Of a DNA stretch of 64,000 nt, positions 12,455 through 24,521 are shown in pieces; the first letter of the stretch is position 1; the number at the start of each line of letters is the position of its first letter. Source of the stretch: Vicugna vicugna. Taxonomy: Eukaryota. The stretch is taken from the NCBI GenBank assembly GCA_013265495.1, contig MU057801.1, positions 1,109,879 through 1,173,878 of the forward strand. The letters are read 5' to 3'. The position numbers and the translations under genes were made by a program. The notes under the pieces were generated by a model that was not told the DNA's origin, ran no database searches, and worked only from the letters and a program-made list of their open reading frames with translations.

Positions 12455-13319
12455 CAGTGTAATACCTTTTGTGTGAATGTTCTTCACGAAAGAACAGTGT
12501 TCTTTAGGAAGAACAGAGGCTTTTCGATTCATTCCATATCTACTGATAAATGTAGATGTTTAGAAGGATTTTGTTTTCAGGTTTTATTACCCATTGTATT
12601 TTAGTACTATTCTGAAACAGCGTCATTTTCTGTTCTTATTTGCTGCAAATACATCACATTTCAGCCATGTCAATGGTGAAATAAGTATTGGTCCTTTGCC
12701 ATCAAATCATCTTAAAAGAAAAAAGATGGTGTTTATGTTAGAAAACTTATTCTAAGTTCCAGACAACCAATTCACTCATAATTTTTCCAGTAATAGCTCT
12801 GTTACTAATGGGAAGGGACTGCCCAATTAATAAATTAAGCATCAAATGATATTCTGCCTCCCCTAGTGGGTTTTTTGTTCCTTTTTAAATCATCATCTTA
12901 GTGACAACCATAAAAATTACCAGTAAATGAGTGACAAAATCCATCCTTGAAAGTAGAAGTCAGCAGGTGGTTTCTCAGATTGTTGGGCTGTAGCTGAAGA
13001 AACGCACAGCCCTGAAGAGCAGCGCTCCCGGCGTGCTGTGGGCAGGATGGGGCTGGCAGACACGAACACAGAATGGTGCTGCCGGCTCAGGACGGCTGCG
13101 ACTCAGGAGTCATCTTTCTGTGATTAGCACAGTCACATGTCTTCAAGTTGTTTCCCTCATGGAACAATATATATATTTGGTAAATAGTATGGGTTAAATA
13201 TTTCTTTGTAGATAAAAATCTTAAAAGTAAGAGATTTTCAGAATTTAAGGAAGCTCTACTAGAAATCACTTGGTTGAGACTTTAATGAAGCTCAGGAGTA
13301 TTTACTGTGATCTCTTGGG

Positions 13320-13530
13320 TAAATGGCTAATTAAACAGCTGCATGTAAATGATGTTTACCTGTGGGCCCCTTGCTGTCTGCTGCAGTCAGTCCCGTCTCT
13401 TGAGTAAATACATCAATAAAGCCTCCAACACCCGGATTATGTCCCCTGGAGACCAGATAAGAGCTGCAGCACCCGCCTCACCTATTAGGCCGTTAAGTAA
13501 CTGAGCCGCCCACTTTTAAATCAGAAAAAT
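13320..13530. promoter_or_regulatory. Candidate intronic enhancer (FOX/ONECUT/GATA/homeobox cluster)
   Basis: TAATTA (13328), E-box CAGCTG (13336), TGTTTAC (13353), GTAAATA (13404), ATCAATA (13412) and AGATAA (13455) within ~140 bp of unique sequence. Confidence 0.4.
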
Positions 13531-14998
13531 TTGTTATTACTTTGGGAAAAAAAAGTGAGTTGGATGCTTCATTAAAATACAAAGTATGTTAGTTAGTACT
13601 CCTTTTCTCCTAAGTGCTGTCGACTTCCACCCAGGGGACCTCCTGCAGGCAAAGCAGAGCAGCCCCTCCACCCCTCCCTAAGTGAGGGCTGCTGCTTCAT
13701 TCTTACCTCCTGAGTTCCTGCTCGCTGGCTCACATGAATGCCTCCCCGTTCCTTCAGTTGCTACACAGATGAAATCTCCTTCCTCTCTTACAATTCAGAT
13801 AGAACCTAAGTGATGATGCGTGTGTTTCTCTGTGAAACTGGAAGATGACGTCCGGTGTGCACAGGAGGGTCTTGTGGGAGGGTCAGGTGAACCTGCAGGA
13901 GGGGAGATGCTGCGTGCTGTCTGCACCCGTCGTGTTTCATTGTCTTGCTCCTCTGGGTCTGCGTCAATAGCGCGGATTTACATATGGGAGGTAATTTTAT
14001 TTTATCAAGTGTTTTCATGTCCACTTTGTATTTGTACCACCCATTGCAGAAATCAGATGCTTCTAGAGCTAGCATGTTTCTTAAATAAAACTAAGGGAAA
14101 AAAACAAACTTGGAATAGTAAGGTAAACAGAAGAAAAGAAAATCGTCTGTTATCCGACTCTTGAGTATAACCCTGTTGACATTGCGGTGTGTGGTGGTTA
14201 ATGTTTAACATCCTGACAGTGTGTGGTGGGTGGTGCTGTTTGCGTGCTTGGCTTCCTCATCCCCACTTGTCACGATGAACGTGCTTTCTTCCCCCTAGAG
14301 GTTCTGCATCACGCCCGACGGCTCCGCGGAGACCCCTGTGTGGCTGCGCCACCGTCTCTTCCACCAGGCTCCCGGTGCTGAACACTATGAGTTGTTTTTC
14401 ATTTTTCCTCTAGTTTCAGAGCACACCTGAGCAGTTCAGGTTTTACAGCCACTGCTGTTTCCTGGGAGTGAGCTCCTAGATGGGGCAGTACTAAGTCAGA
14501 GGGGGCTCTCGGGTCCTGCTCTGCGCTGCCTGCTCCCACCTGCGCGGTTGTCAGTTAACCAGGAGGAAGCAGCTTCCCCTGAGCTCTTTGTGAAGCGGGA
14601 CACTGTCTACTTTTATTTATTTGTTTTGGAGCACCAGATTGAGAAGTGCAAATGACAGCCAACTTCTGTTGTTCACTTGACCTTTGCATTACAGTTGAGG
14701 TCAGACTTTTCCCACCCATTTGTGAGCCATATGTAGCTCTTGTTTTATAATTTGCAGTTCATGTTCTTTGCTCATTTTTCAATTAGGTTAGTAATATTTT
14801 TTTTCTTATTGACTTGTGGGAACTATTTTAATATAAATTTGTACAATTTGCTACAATTTTAATCAGTTTGATTTTCACCTTTTATTTTTCTTAATGGTGT
14901 TTGGATACAGTCTTTTCCATTAATATCTTCATCCATCTATTTATGCATTTGAATATCACAATTTATAAGTTTCTGGATGTAAATTAAGAGTCAGCCTA

Positions 14999-15099
14999 AA
15001 AAAATATGAAAACAAATATATGTATGTATATGCATGACTGTGATGCTGTGCTGTATACCAGAAATTGGCACGTTGTAATTGACTGTACTTAATTAAAAA
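14999..15099 (+). mobile_element. ~100-bp 5'-truncated L1 3' tail with 13-bp TSD
   Basis: TSD AAGAGTCAGCCTA at 14986-14998 and 15100-15112, at a TT|AAGA endonuclease-type site. The insert resembles the L1 3' terminus at ~49935-50045. Confidence 0.85.
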
Positions 15100-18000
15100 A
15101 AGAGTCAGCCTAGATGACTCCTAGGGTTCTAGATCTAGAACTTTGAGAAAACGCTAGTGGAATTGAGCCAGTTAATTCTAGGTGTCCCACTAAGTGTAAT
15201 TCACAAGGTGATTATTTTGCACAAGATCTGTCAGCCTCAGTCATCCTGCAGGCAGTGTGCGCCTTGGCATGAATTCCCAGCACTTTCTCCTGGCTCCTGG
15301 GAGGTAGGAGAGTGAGGGACTAGTTTGTTGGCATTGACTTTGGCTGCAGACCTTGGAGAACAGTCTCCAGTCGCCCCTGCCCCGGGCGCCAAATGTATGA
15401 GATGAGCGAGAGCCTTTGTCAGCTGACAGGTGAGCTGACACTGCACACAGTCCATTCGTGAGCACCACCAGGGGCCATCTTTGGTGGCATTTTTCAGAGA
15501 GAGCACCCTCCTTTGCAGAGCCCCGGGCCCAGCGGGAGCATGGGGTGGGCATGGCGCCTGCTTGCTCTTCTCTGGGCTTTGGTTTCTGGGCAGGGCGGGT
15601 CTGGGTTCCTGTTGTCGGTGTCACACTGCAGGTCCCTTCAGACTGGGGCCTTCCTGCCAAGGGGCCCTTCCAGAGGGCCGCAAACAGCACATCTTGAGAA
15701 TGCCTCGCAGGTGTTTTCCTGACTCTGCACGTGTTGCTTTCTGCTGGACTTTTGAGTGGACCTTCTGACCGTTCGTTGTCTGAGGCTGACTTTTGTTTCT
15801 GTCCCTGCTCATCATTATCCCCTGTTTCTTGTCAGGTCCTCTGCAGATGACCCCCCGGGCAGATCTGCCCTCTCTCTGGGCTTCATGGTCCAGCAGAGTC
15901 AAGCCCATCATTCTCATGTCGTCGTGCGACCGTCAGAATCATGATAGATGTAAAATACTCATCTTTGAGAAATGATCTCTAGAATTATCTTAAAACATGA
16001 GTCCTTTTATAAACACTCCTATCAAAAAAGTAAGAGAAATCCTGGAGATGTGAGTGTTAAGATGAATAGGATAAGATGTATGAAATACATGAAAACCTGC
16101 AATGTCCCCAACACTCATGTTACCGTGGTCACTGTGGTTGAAAAAAAAAGGCTCTGTGTAGAGCTGCGGGCTGGTGTTCTCACCCAGCTTACAGGGGCTT
16201 GTTAGAAAGATGTTTGCAGGGTTATTATAGCAAGTTAGTTTGGTTCTTTTGAAGCCCAGTTGGAACCCAACTAAAGCAAAAGAAGCTCTTATATTAAGGG
16301 GATGTGTGAATCATTGAGGGACTGGTGAGAAGCCATGCGAGTTACTGACAGTCTAGAACATTCTCCATTGTCTGTAGGTTCTACAGTAGAAAGAGCAGAA
16401 ACCTTCAACAGGCCTTTACAGCTTTATTCTTAAAATGTGTAAGACTGGTTGTTACGAAGTCATGCCAAGAAATTATTAGTTACAGTTAGTGCGTAAGTTC
16501 TTTTTGTTCATATTCTAAAATGTTTTTTATGTATCCAGGATTATTGGGCACACGGAATGGGAGCTTAACTCTCTGTGGGAACAGACAAACCAGACCAGGA
16601 CTGGCAGAGAGCTAGAAATGAGACCCACTAGGCTGGTCCAGAGAGCGTACTGACTGTTGGGAGGTGGCAGGTCCTGTCTTCTGGACAGATGCTGGTAGCA
16701 GGTGTGGTGCAGTGGTCCGTGTGGGTCCATGCCGCTGGGGTTGGGGCATTTGGCAGCCAGTGATGGGGACCAGCCCTGGCCTGAGCTTCCAGGAAAAGGC
16801 TGTATCGTGAATCTCTGTCTGCAGAAACAGGGACTCTGTACAGGTCATTCTACAGAGTTGTTAACAATGAGAGTCAAACCCGAGGCCATCTTTATACAAA
16901 CGGAGGAAAAGCTCCTGGTTACAGAAACTGGACAGACAGGAAGACTAACCTGATGCCAGGTTCTTTGGTCAAGGAGGCTAGGACTCCTTAAGTCGCCTCC
17001 AGCCCCCAGGATAGGCCAGGAGTCCCAGAGGCCAGCTGGTCCTAAAGAGGGCTGGAGGCAGGAGCCTTGCAGGGATGTCGAGGCCGATGGTGGTGGCCTC
17101 GGAGTATGTTCAGAGCTGGACTTACAGGCTAGATCCCCCTTGTCTGCCTCAGGGACTCCCCCTGACTTCTTTCTTCACGGCCTCCTCCTTGGTTTGCTAG
17201 GAGGTTACATTGTTACTGTTTCACCCTGGACTGGGGGTGACCTGTGGGGCCTTGTCCAGCTCCTCACCTCACCTTGACCTGCAGGGTCTCGTGTCCACCC
17301 CCCACAGGCTGGGCTGGGCCCTGGCCTATGTTTGCTGCTGTAGTCAGCTCCATGGAAGGGGTCACACTGCCACAGAGGCATTCCCTTGCAGCCCTGGGCA
17401 GACTTCCTCGTCCCAGCAGGAAGAGAGAGACACGTGTGCTCTGGCAGCCAGACGATGTCACCACTGGTCGTTCACCTCTGGTTCCCAGTGTGTGTCTACT
17501 TCCTGGGAAGAGTGCTGGCCTGAAGGTAACCAACACCGGTATTACTAACCTGTCCTGTTAGTGGCCCCCTTTTCTCCTCCTCTCAAGTGGGCTGTGGTAC
17601 AGCTGCGCCCAGCTCCCTGCACAGGACGTGTGGGGCGACGCGGGTGAGACAGCTTGGTGCCCTCAGGAAGCAGACAGGCAGCTCGGGGCAGCTGAGTCCC
17701 CGCACTGCCCCAGACTGAGAGGCAAAGTGCAGTGCGCCTTTGTTCTGACTGAAGGCTGTGACCTCCAGCAAGACTCGTTCTCTCTTCACTCTGGTGTATC
17801 CTCCTCAGCCCCAGCCCCGACGTTTCTCCACAGTCTGCCCGTTGGGAGGAAGTTCAGGGGTTGTTTCTAGAATGGTGACACCACAGGGCCGTGTTTTTCC
17901 AGATCTCCTTCTCAGTCCAAACCAGCTCTGTCTTGGATGCCTGAAAAACAGGATACATGTGAGAAAAGAGTAAATCTTGGACAAAGCAGCCCAGATTAAC

Positions 18001-18305
18001 AGAGGTGGGCACGTCTCAGATACGTACCCCCAAGTAGAAAAACACTGCATTACATAAGCTTCAGTCTTCAAAAAATGTATTCTTGTGAATGTAAGTTGTT
18101 GGGAAGAATTAAATTACGCTGGAAAATAATCAGATGTTCTTTTATCTTGAAGGCATTTTAATTTCAGTTAAATGTCAGGAGGCAATTCATTCCTCAGTAA
18201 AGCTTGACCTAAAATATTCATATTTGTAGCCTGGGTCTTTGAGACCAAGGGGAACGTGGCTACTGTGTGTTTTTATGTCTTGGTGCTTTCTTTGACACCC
18301 GGCAG

Positions 18306-18471
18306 GCGGTAGCATCACTGGGAGGGGCCCTCTCAGAGGAGCAGGACGGCAGGTCGGCTGTTGGCAGCAGTGAGTCATCACGCGGGTCGCTGTCCACCAG
18401 GAGTGACAGGAGTGGAACAAAGGACGCAAAACCCGCTCTGTGGCTCAGCAGCTTTCCTACCAGGGGACAAG
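18306..18471 (+). CDS. KIZ: KIZ coding exon, 166 nt
   Basis: ggcag|GCG ... CAAG|gtagct. AVASLGGALSEEQDGRSAVGSSESSRGSLSTRSDRSGTKDAKPALWLSSFPTRGQ resembles human ATALLRKALTEE...SSESS...KEAKPAVWLNSVPTREQ (recalled). Confidence 0.93.
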
Positions 18472-19302
18472 GTAGCTGTCCTTAAGGGTCCATCCAGCAA
18501 AAATGTGTTCAGAGTCAGCGTGACACCCCGTTTCCTGATGTGTGCCCGTCAGACAGCACTGCCTAAGGAGTGCCTCCGATTCCGGATGCAGACCCTGCTA
18601 CCCGTTTAGACCCCCTTCCCAAAATCGATGCTTTCAGCCAGTCTCACGGGAATGGGCAACCTGATTGCAGGTCTGCAGTTCTGCTGGTTGCCAATGAGGC
18701 GTGAAACCTTAACAAAACCAACAGTCGACAGTGGATACTTCTGATCATCCCACAGAGAGGAAGATGATTCCACTAAAATGATTCCATAAAGTCCTGTGAA
18801 GTTTTTGATAATAGAATTTACTCATAATTAGCGAACAATCTTTTTAATTATAATAGAACTTTATAAAAGTCTAAACATGACTAAGACTCAATGAATTTAT
18901 GACCCCTAAAATGTAATACCCAGTTTTTAGTATCTAGAAATTGTGATTATCGTAGCATTGCTGTTAAGACATGCCCTAAACTGCTAGGGTGGTGTTTCTA
19001 AGACCCCGAGGAGCTGCTTAGGGCGTTCAGAACTTGATCGTGTGCACAGGCTCACTTGGGTTGAGCCCCACCCAGATTCGATGGATGTCAGGCTTAATTA
19101 TTTTGCATGAAAGCAGTATGGAGATTTCTTAGCTTTTGAATAGGTTTTCTTTTAGGAGTAGTCTGTTTCGGACCAGAAATAAACTAACCCCAAAGAGGAG
19201 GTGGGGAGGCAATGAAAATCAAAGGAATGCAGCTAAAAAAACCAAAGGCCTGTTTCAGCAACATAACCCTGAAATGTGTTTTATCATGTGTTTGGTTTTT
19301 AG

Positions 19303-19368
19303 ATGTTTCAAGTATCTATGGAGACGAGAGCGAGGAGGAGAGTGTGGCAGCGGGGGTGCCGGTCACAG
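19303..19368 (+). CDS. KIZ: KIZ coding exon, 66 nt
   Basis: tttggtttttag|AT ... ACAG|gtaacg. (D)VSSIYGDESEEESVAAGVPVT(E), phase 1-1. Confidence 0.92.
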
Positions 19369-20549
19369 GTAACGTCGTGGCTGAGGGCCTCAGAAGCGGA
19401 GTCAGCCTTCTTAGTCACCAGAACGTTCTGGTTCATGGTTGTGGACTCCGCTAAGAGCCAGCGCGTCCAACTGCCACGTGCTGGAGCTTCCGTGAGCGCT
19501 CGGGAAGGGGGTGGGTGACCATGTCTGCTGAGTTCTTCACAGTCGTGCTACACCTTCACACACGTGAGCGCCCCCGGCATGAGCCTCCCAGCACCTGCAT
19601 CAGGCTCTGCAGGGACACCCAGTCACTCTGGGGCAAACGACAGTTGTTTCTGATTTTTCTTTTCCTTTCCTGTGATAATTGGATATGTACTGTCATAATA
19701 AGAGCAGGGAAAAGTGCCAGACAGGATGCTTGCTGGGGTCCCAGCTACAAAGCCCATCTGAGCATTTAAACATTTCAGCGATGAGGTCTCCTCAAGACCC
19801 ATTAAGACTTCTGCGCATGTGTTAGGCTTGGTTAGATGAGATCAAAACGTCCTCGCTTGTTTGAGTTTTAGGGCAGCCGTGGCGGCAGTTAGTATTCTGA
19901 GCAGACTTCTGTTTGGCGCACGTCGAAATTTACTAGTGCCTTATTTTGTAAAGTGGTGCGCTACTTCATTATAAATTCAGAAGTCTGACTTTAAATATTT
20001 ATACAAGTAGATAGACCGGGGCATGGGGCACTGAGGCATGCGTCTGCATGTGTGGTAGTTTTGCGGTTTATAAGCAGAAAGAATGGCTTTCTTGTACGGC
20101 AGTACAATTCATGGCCTGGTGATTAATTTTTAAATCCATGTTTCTGTGATGAACTCTTTTTTTGAAAAAGGAGTTTATAGTAGAGCAATTATTGTGTATA
20201 TTCTGCATCACATAGTATTTCACCCTAAAATACAGAGGTTTTCTTTTCTTTTAAACATTTTCCCAGTGATATATTTATTGCATTGTTATTCCTCATTTTG
20301 AGAAAACTCAGAGAGCTCCCCGTTGGGTTTTATCAATAGAATTAACCCAAGGAGCCTTTGGCGCTTCTCTTTGGCGTTTACCTTTGCGAGCGGCAGCAGC
20401 TGGCGGCCTGCTGGGGTCAGGAGGGCTTGCTGGGGAGACTGAGTTGCCTGCTCTGCCTCATCCGTTCAGTGTCCTTTCCAGTCGCCCTTCGCTGCGAGTC
20501 GGGGACTTTCCCCAGAGTTAACTCAGATGCAGTTTACCCATGGGATTTA

Positions 20550-20900
20550 AAAAACTGAGGTATAATTGACTCAGTTGTCTCAGTGTCTGGTGGACACCAT
20601 ACTGACTCACTGTCTGCGCTGCAAGACGGTCAGTTCAGCACAGTCGGCCTAGGGAACGCCTGTCACCACTCAGGAACAGGTTTGTCTCCTTGGAATGAGA
20701 ACTTGTAAGGTTTACTCTCAGCCGCGCTCAGATGTGCGGTGCAGTATTGCCAACCGTAGTCACCACGCTGCACGAGACATCGTCAGGACGTCCCGCTTTT
20801 GTAACTGGAAGTGTGTGCCATTGACCCCATCACCCGTGTCCCTTCCCCTCGCCTCCGGTACCCCCAGTCTGTCCTCTGTATCTGTCTCAGAATTTCTTTG
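20550..20900 (-). mobile_element. L1 (L1MA-like) 3' end fragment
   Basis: actgaggtataattgac...atgagaacttgtaaggtttactctc...gtagtcaccacgctg...tgtaactggaagtgtgtgccattgacccc, typical antisense L1MA9-like 3' UTR. Confidence 0.65.
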
Positions 20901-22065
20901 TAAGAGAGGAGATAGTGAAGTAGCAGGGTTTCAGATCTCTCCTCGTGTGGGAAGAGGTGCGATGTGCCTGGAAGTCGTAAGGGCTGTGTGCCGTGAAGAG
21001 TTTTAGAGAAAGTGTAATCCTAGTGTCCTGCCATTGACCCATCAGTAAAAAAAATGCTTCGTGCCTGCTGTGCGCCAGAGGACTAGACACAGATAACCTG
21101 GGAGACATGCAGAGAACTTCCTGAGCTGGAGAGCCTCGGGTCCCGCCCCACGGCCACGCCCCCCGGGGTTGGTGTCGAGGGCTCGGGCGCCCAGCCGCCC
21201 GACGCCGTGGCTGTCTGTGGTCACAGCTGCTTTGACCTCTCGTTCTTGACCTTGGTCTCGTCATTAAATGTGTGTGTCTTTTGCCATCATTATTTGGAGA
21301 TTTGGCCTCTGGTAACGTAAGGCACGCATAGAGTTTTGATTTGAAGTAGAGTCTGCCTCCCACTCTATGACGGTTCTTTTGAGGCTTTCCTTCATGTGGG
21401 GGCTGCAGTCCTTCTAGAATATTCCAAAGAAAGGAACATTCCAGAGGCTGCTTTGGGGAAACCCCTGTCCTCACGAGAGGGAAGAGTGGTCCACAGAACG
21501 TTAGCCCTGCTGGCTGTTCACAGGAAGGGTTTCGTTTTCACATAGAAGAAAGTTATCTGAAATGAGTTCACGCTTGTAAATGGTTCATTGACAAGAGTCT
21601 TCTGAAAAGTCTCCACTGCGCACTGTGCAGAGGGCAGAGGTCCTGGGGGTCTGACCCCAGCGTGCTGTGGGGCCCACAGAGATGGCGGCCCTGCCCGGCG
21701 AGTCCCCCGGAGAGCTTTCAGGCCGGTCTAGCTGCACGTCCCCCAGGTGAGAGGTTCTCTGCCACCTGCTTGAACCACGGCAGGGAGCGGCTCTCCCAGG
21801 GCGCGAGGGGGGCTCTTATTTCTGGCAGCTCTGATGCTGCTTCTTATCTCAGTGCCTGTGGCTCTCATTCCCCAACAGTGAAGGGACCAGACGAGCCAGT
21901 GCTCTCAGTCATCTCGCTTCTTGCCTGCTGCTCCCCCCAGCGTAGGTCTTCTGGGCACAGGGCTCATCCTGAAAGAGTTTGCTGTCACTCTGAGGCGTCA
22001 GCCTTGTTAATCACCAGCATGAGACACTGGCTCCTCTCTGTGCTGACATTTACAAGACATCTTTC

Positions 22066-22091
22066 TGCGCGCGCGCGCACACACACACACA
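22066..22091. repeat. (GC)n(CA)n alternating purine-pyrimidine tract
   Basis: tgcgcgcgcgcgcacacacacacaca seen directly. Confidence 0.85.
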
Positions 22092-24094
22092 GTAAGCGTG
22101 GCCACAGCCCAGGGTCTGTTAACACAATCCACACAGTCTAGCCCTTTCATTAGCCTAGTTGTCCACACTGAAGAATCCAGGTAGAATATCAGTAATGTGA
22201 TTAGCTGTGACTGTGTGGTTTTCTGTACATAATAAATAGAATATAGATTGCATATATATTTCACTTTTTACTTGGGCAGAGTCCTGAGAGTACCAGGGAC
22301 AGCCAAAGCCTGGTCCCTTCCCCGCCGAGTCTCCGTCACCTCTGACCTGCGCAGCGGCCCTGCAGGTGAAGAGACCGTTCTGCAGACAGGCCAGGGTGAG
22401 GGCCCTACTCAGGGCCGTAGGATCAGTGTGTCAGGTCCTGAGTCACACTCAAACCTCAGGGTTCAAACCTGCAGCCCCTTCCATCCCGCCACCCTGCCCC
22501 TTTGGTTTTACCGGAGAGGCGCCTGTATCAGGGTGTCTGGACCAGCCAAACGTCAGTATGTGTCTTAACAAAAGGTGAGGTTTGCAAGGACGGTTTTGAG
22601 AGCAATGATGAACAAAGCCTAGAGGGGTGGGAGCTGGCGAAGACCTCCAAGTGAAGACCACCCCGGTGGCCCTGGTAAGGAGGGGTGAGCCTGAGGACAT
22701 GAGGCCTGGGACACACGCAGGAAGCAGTGGGTCAGGTGTGTTTCCCTGGAGCACTTGGGCCGGGATGGAAGAGAGAAAGTCTCCCTCTGAACTGCTTATA
22801 CCCCCAAAGTGAAATCTCCCACACTGGCAATTTTATTTGTTTTTGTACTAAACTTACCTTTGAGTAAATTCAGAGAGTTTTAGTTTGAGCAAATGATGCA
22901 GCTTGTGCTAAATGTCATAAAAGCCCAGCCCCCAACATGGTGTCTGGCACACAGTGGGCACGCAGTTTGTCAGGCGAATGAATAAAAACGAGAGTATTAA
23001 GGAGTTTCCTTGATCACTTGTTGATTCAGGCCAGAATACTCTCAGTCACTCACTCCACCGACACTTTTCCCACCCCACGTGCCCATCCTGGCAAAACGCA
23101 TCTCCTTAAGCTCCATGTGAAAAGGGCTCTCAGCTTTTATCTGGAGAGGATTAAGCCTCTAAGAATGTCCATTCAGCCTCTCATTCTTTTGACACCAGTT
23201 CTCTTGGTCAGGCTGTGTTGAAAGTGGCTGCCTGACTGCCATTTCTCACTGATACTCTTTGGCAAGCCGAAGTATTCAAGGTCATCCAAGGTACGTCCAC
23301 TTAGAGGCTTTGTGGGAGGTCAGCAGAGGCGTGAAGGGTGCCACTTGAGGTTCTGGGCAGTGCTTCCCCGAACGTTACTGCGTGAGTTTTCCATCAGATT
23401 GGGGAAAGGCTGGAAATAGACGATGGCCACATTGTCATTGGTGGCTTGATTTATCCTGGGAGAGAAAAACTGGGGTGACAGCTTTGGACGGCTGGGGTCC
23501 AGGGGCATAGCACTTCCCTGCTGAGCCGTCACCGAGAAGCCGCATCACCTGTTCTGTCCCAGAAGTGCATAGTCAGTCAAGTCAGGGTGTCTGGGCTGTG
23601 CCTGGGGCAGGGAGCCCCCAACTCAGGCAAGGCCCCGGGAACCACCGTCTGCCGCTGGATTGTCCCTGGCCCTGCCCGTGTGGCCCCGTCCCTGTGACAG
23701 GGGTTGGGCTAGTGGGGCTTCACCCCTGGGGCCTGCTGCTCACATAGCCAAGAACTCGTTGCTCAGGACGTGGCAGGCTGGTGCTGCTCTGTGCCATGGT
23801 CGTGGAGGAATGGGAGGCCCCTTTCTGCAGAGCGCTTGACTCGGTGCATTCAGGCAAGTGAACTCAAGGCGCCTGTGAAACTCCCGCAGCCGCTCAGCAG
23901 AACCCTGTGCCCCAGCCACACCCCCGACCAGTTCCCACGAGCCCCTGGGGGCCGAGACCAGGCAGCAGGCTTTTGTAACAGGTGACTGCCTGGGTTTGAG
24001 AACGTGGGGCTGGGGTCTCAGAGCTGGAAGGGCCCTTGTAGGTCACGTAGTGAGACACCCTCACTTGATGCAGGTGACTCAGGTGGAGAGAGGA

Positions 24095-24521
24095 GAGGCT
24101 GGGCTTTAGCTGTGTCACCACCACCAGGGACAGGGAGGGTGCGCTCTGCCTGGGGCCGCCGTGACAGCCTGCACTTGCTCGGCTCCGGGGGCCCGAGCCT
24201 GAAATCAGGGTCAGCAGGCCCTGCGAGGCTCCCGGGAGGCCTGGTCTGCTCCCGCCCCTGGTGGCTCCTGGTTTGTGGCTCCAGGACCAGGTGACTCCAC
24301 TCTCTGCCCCAGTCGTCACATCGCCTCCTTTTCTGTGTCCCTATGTCCTCATCCTGGCAGGACCACGGTCACTGGATTTAGGGCCCACCATAAATGCAGG
24401 CTGGTTTCATCTTGAGATCCTTAGCTGATGCATTTGCTGGGATCCTGTTTACAAATAAGATCACATTCTGAGGTTCTCAGTGGACATGAGTCTGGGGGGA
24501 AAACACTGTTCAACCCACTAC
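24095..24521 (-). mobile_element. MaLR LTR (MLT1-type) solo LTR
   Basis: ggtcactggatttagggcccacc...catcttgagatccttagc...aaataagatcacattctgaggtt...actgttcaacccactaca, the reverse complement of an MLT1 5' end. Confidence 0.75.
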
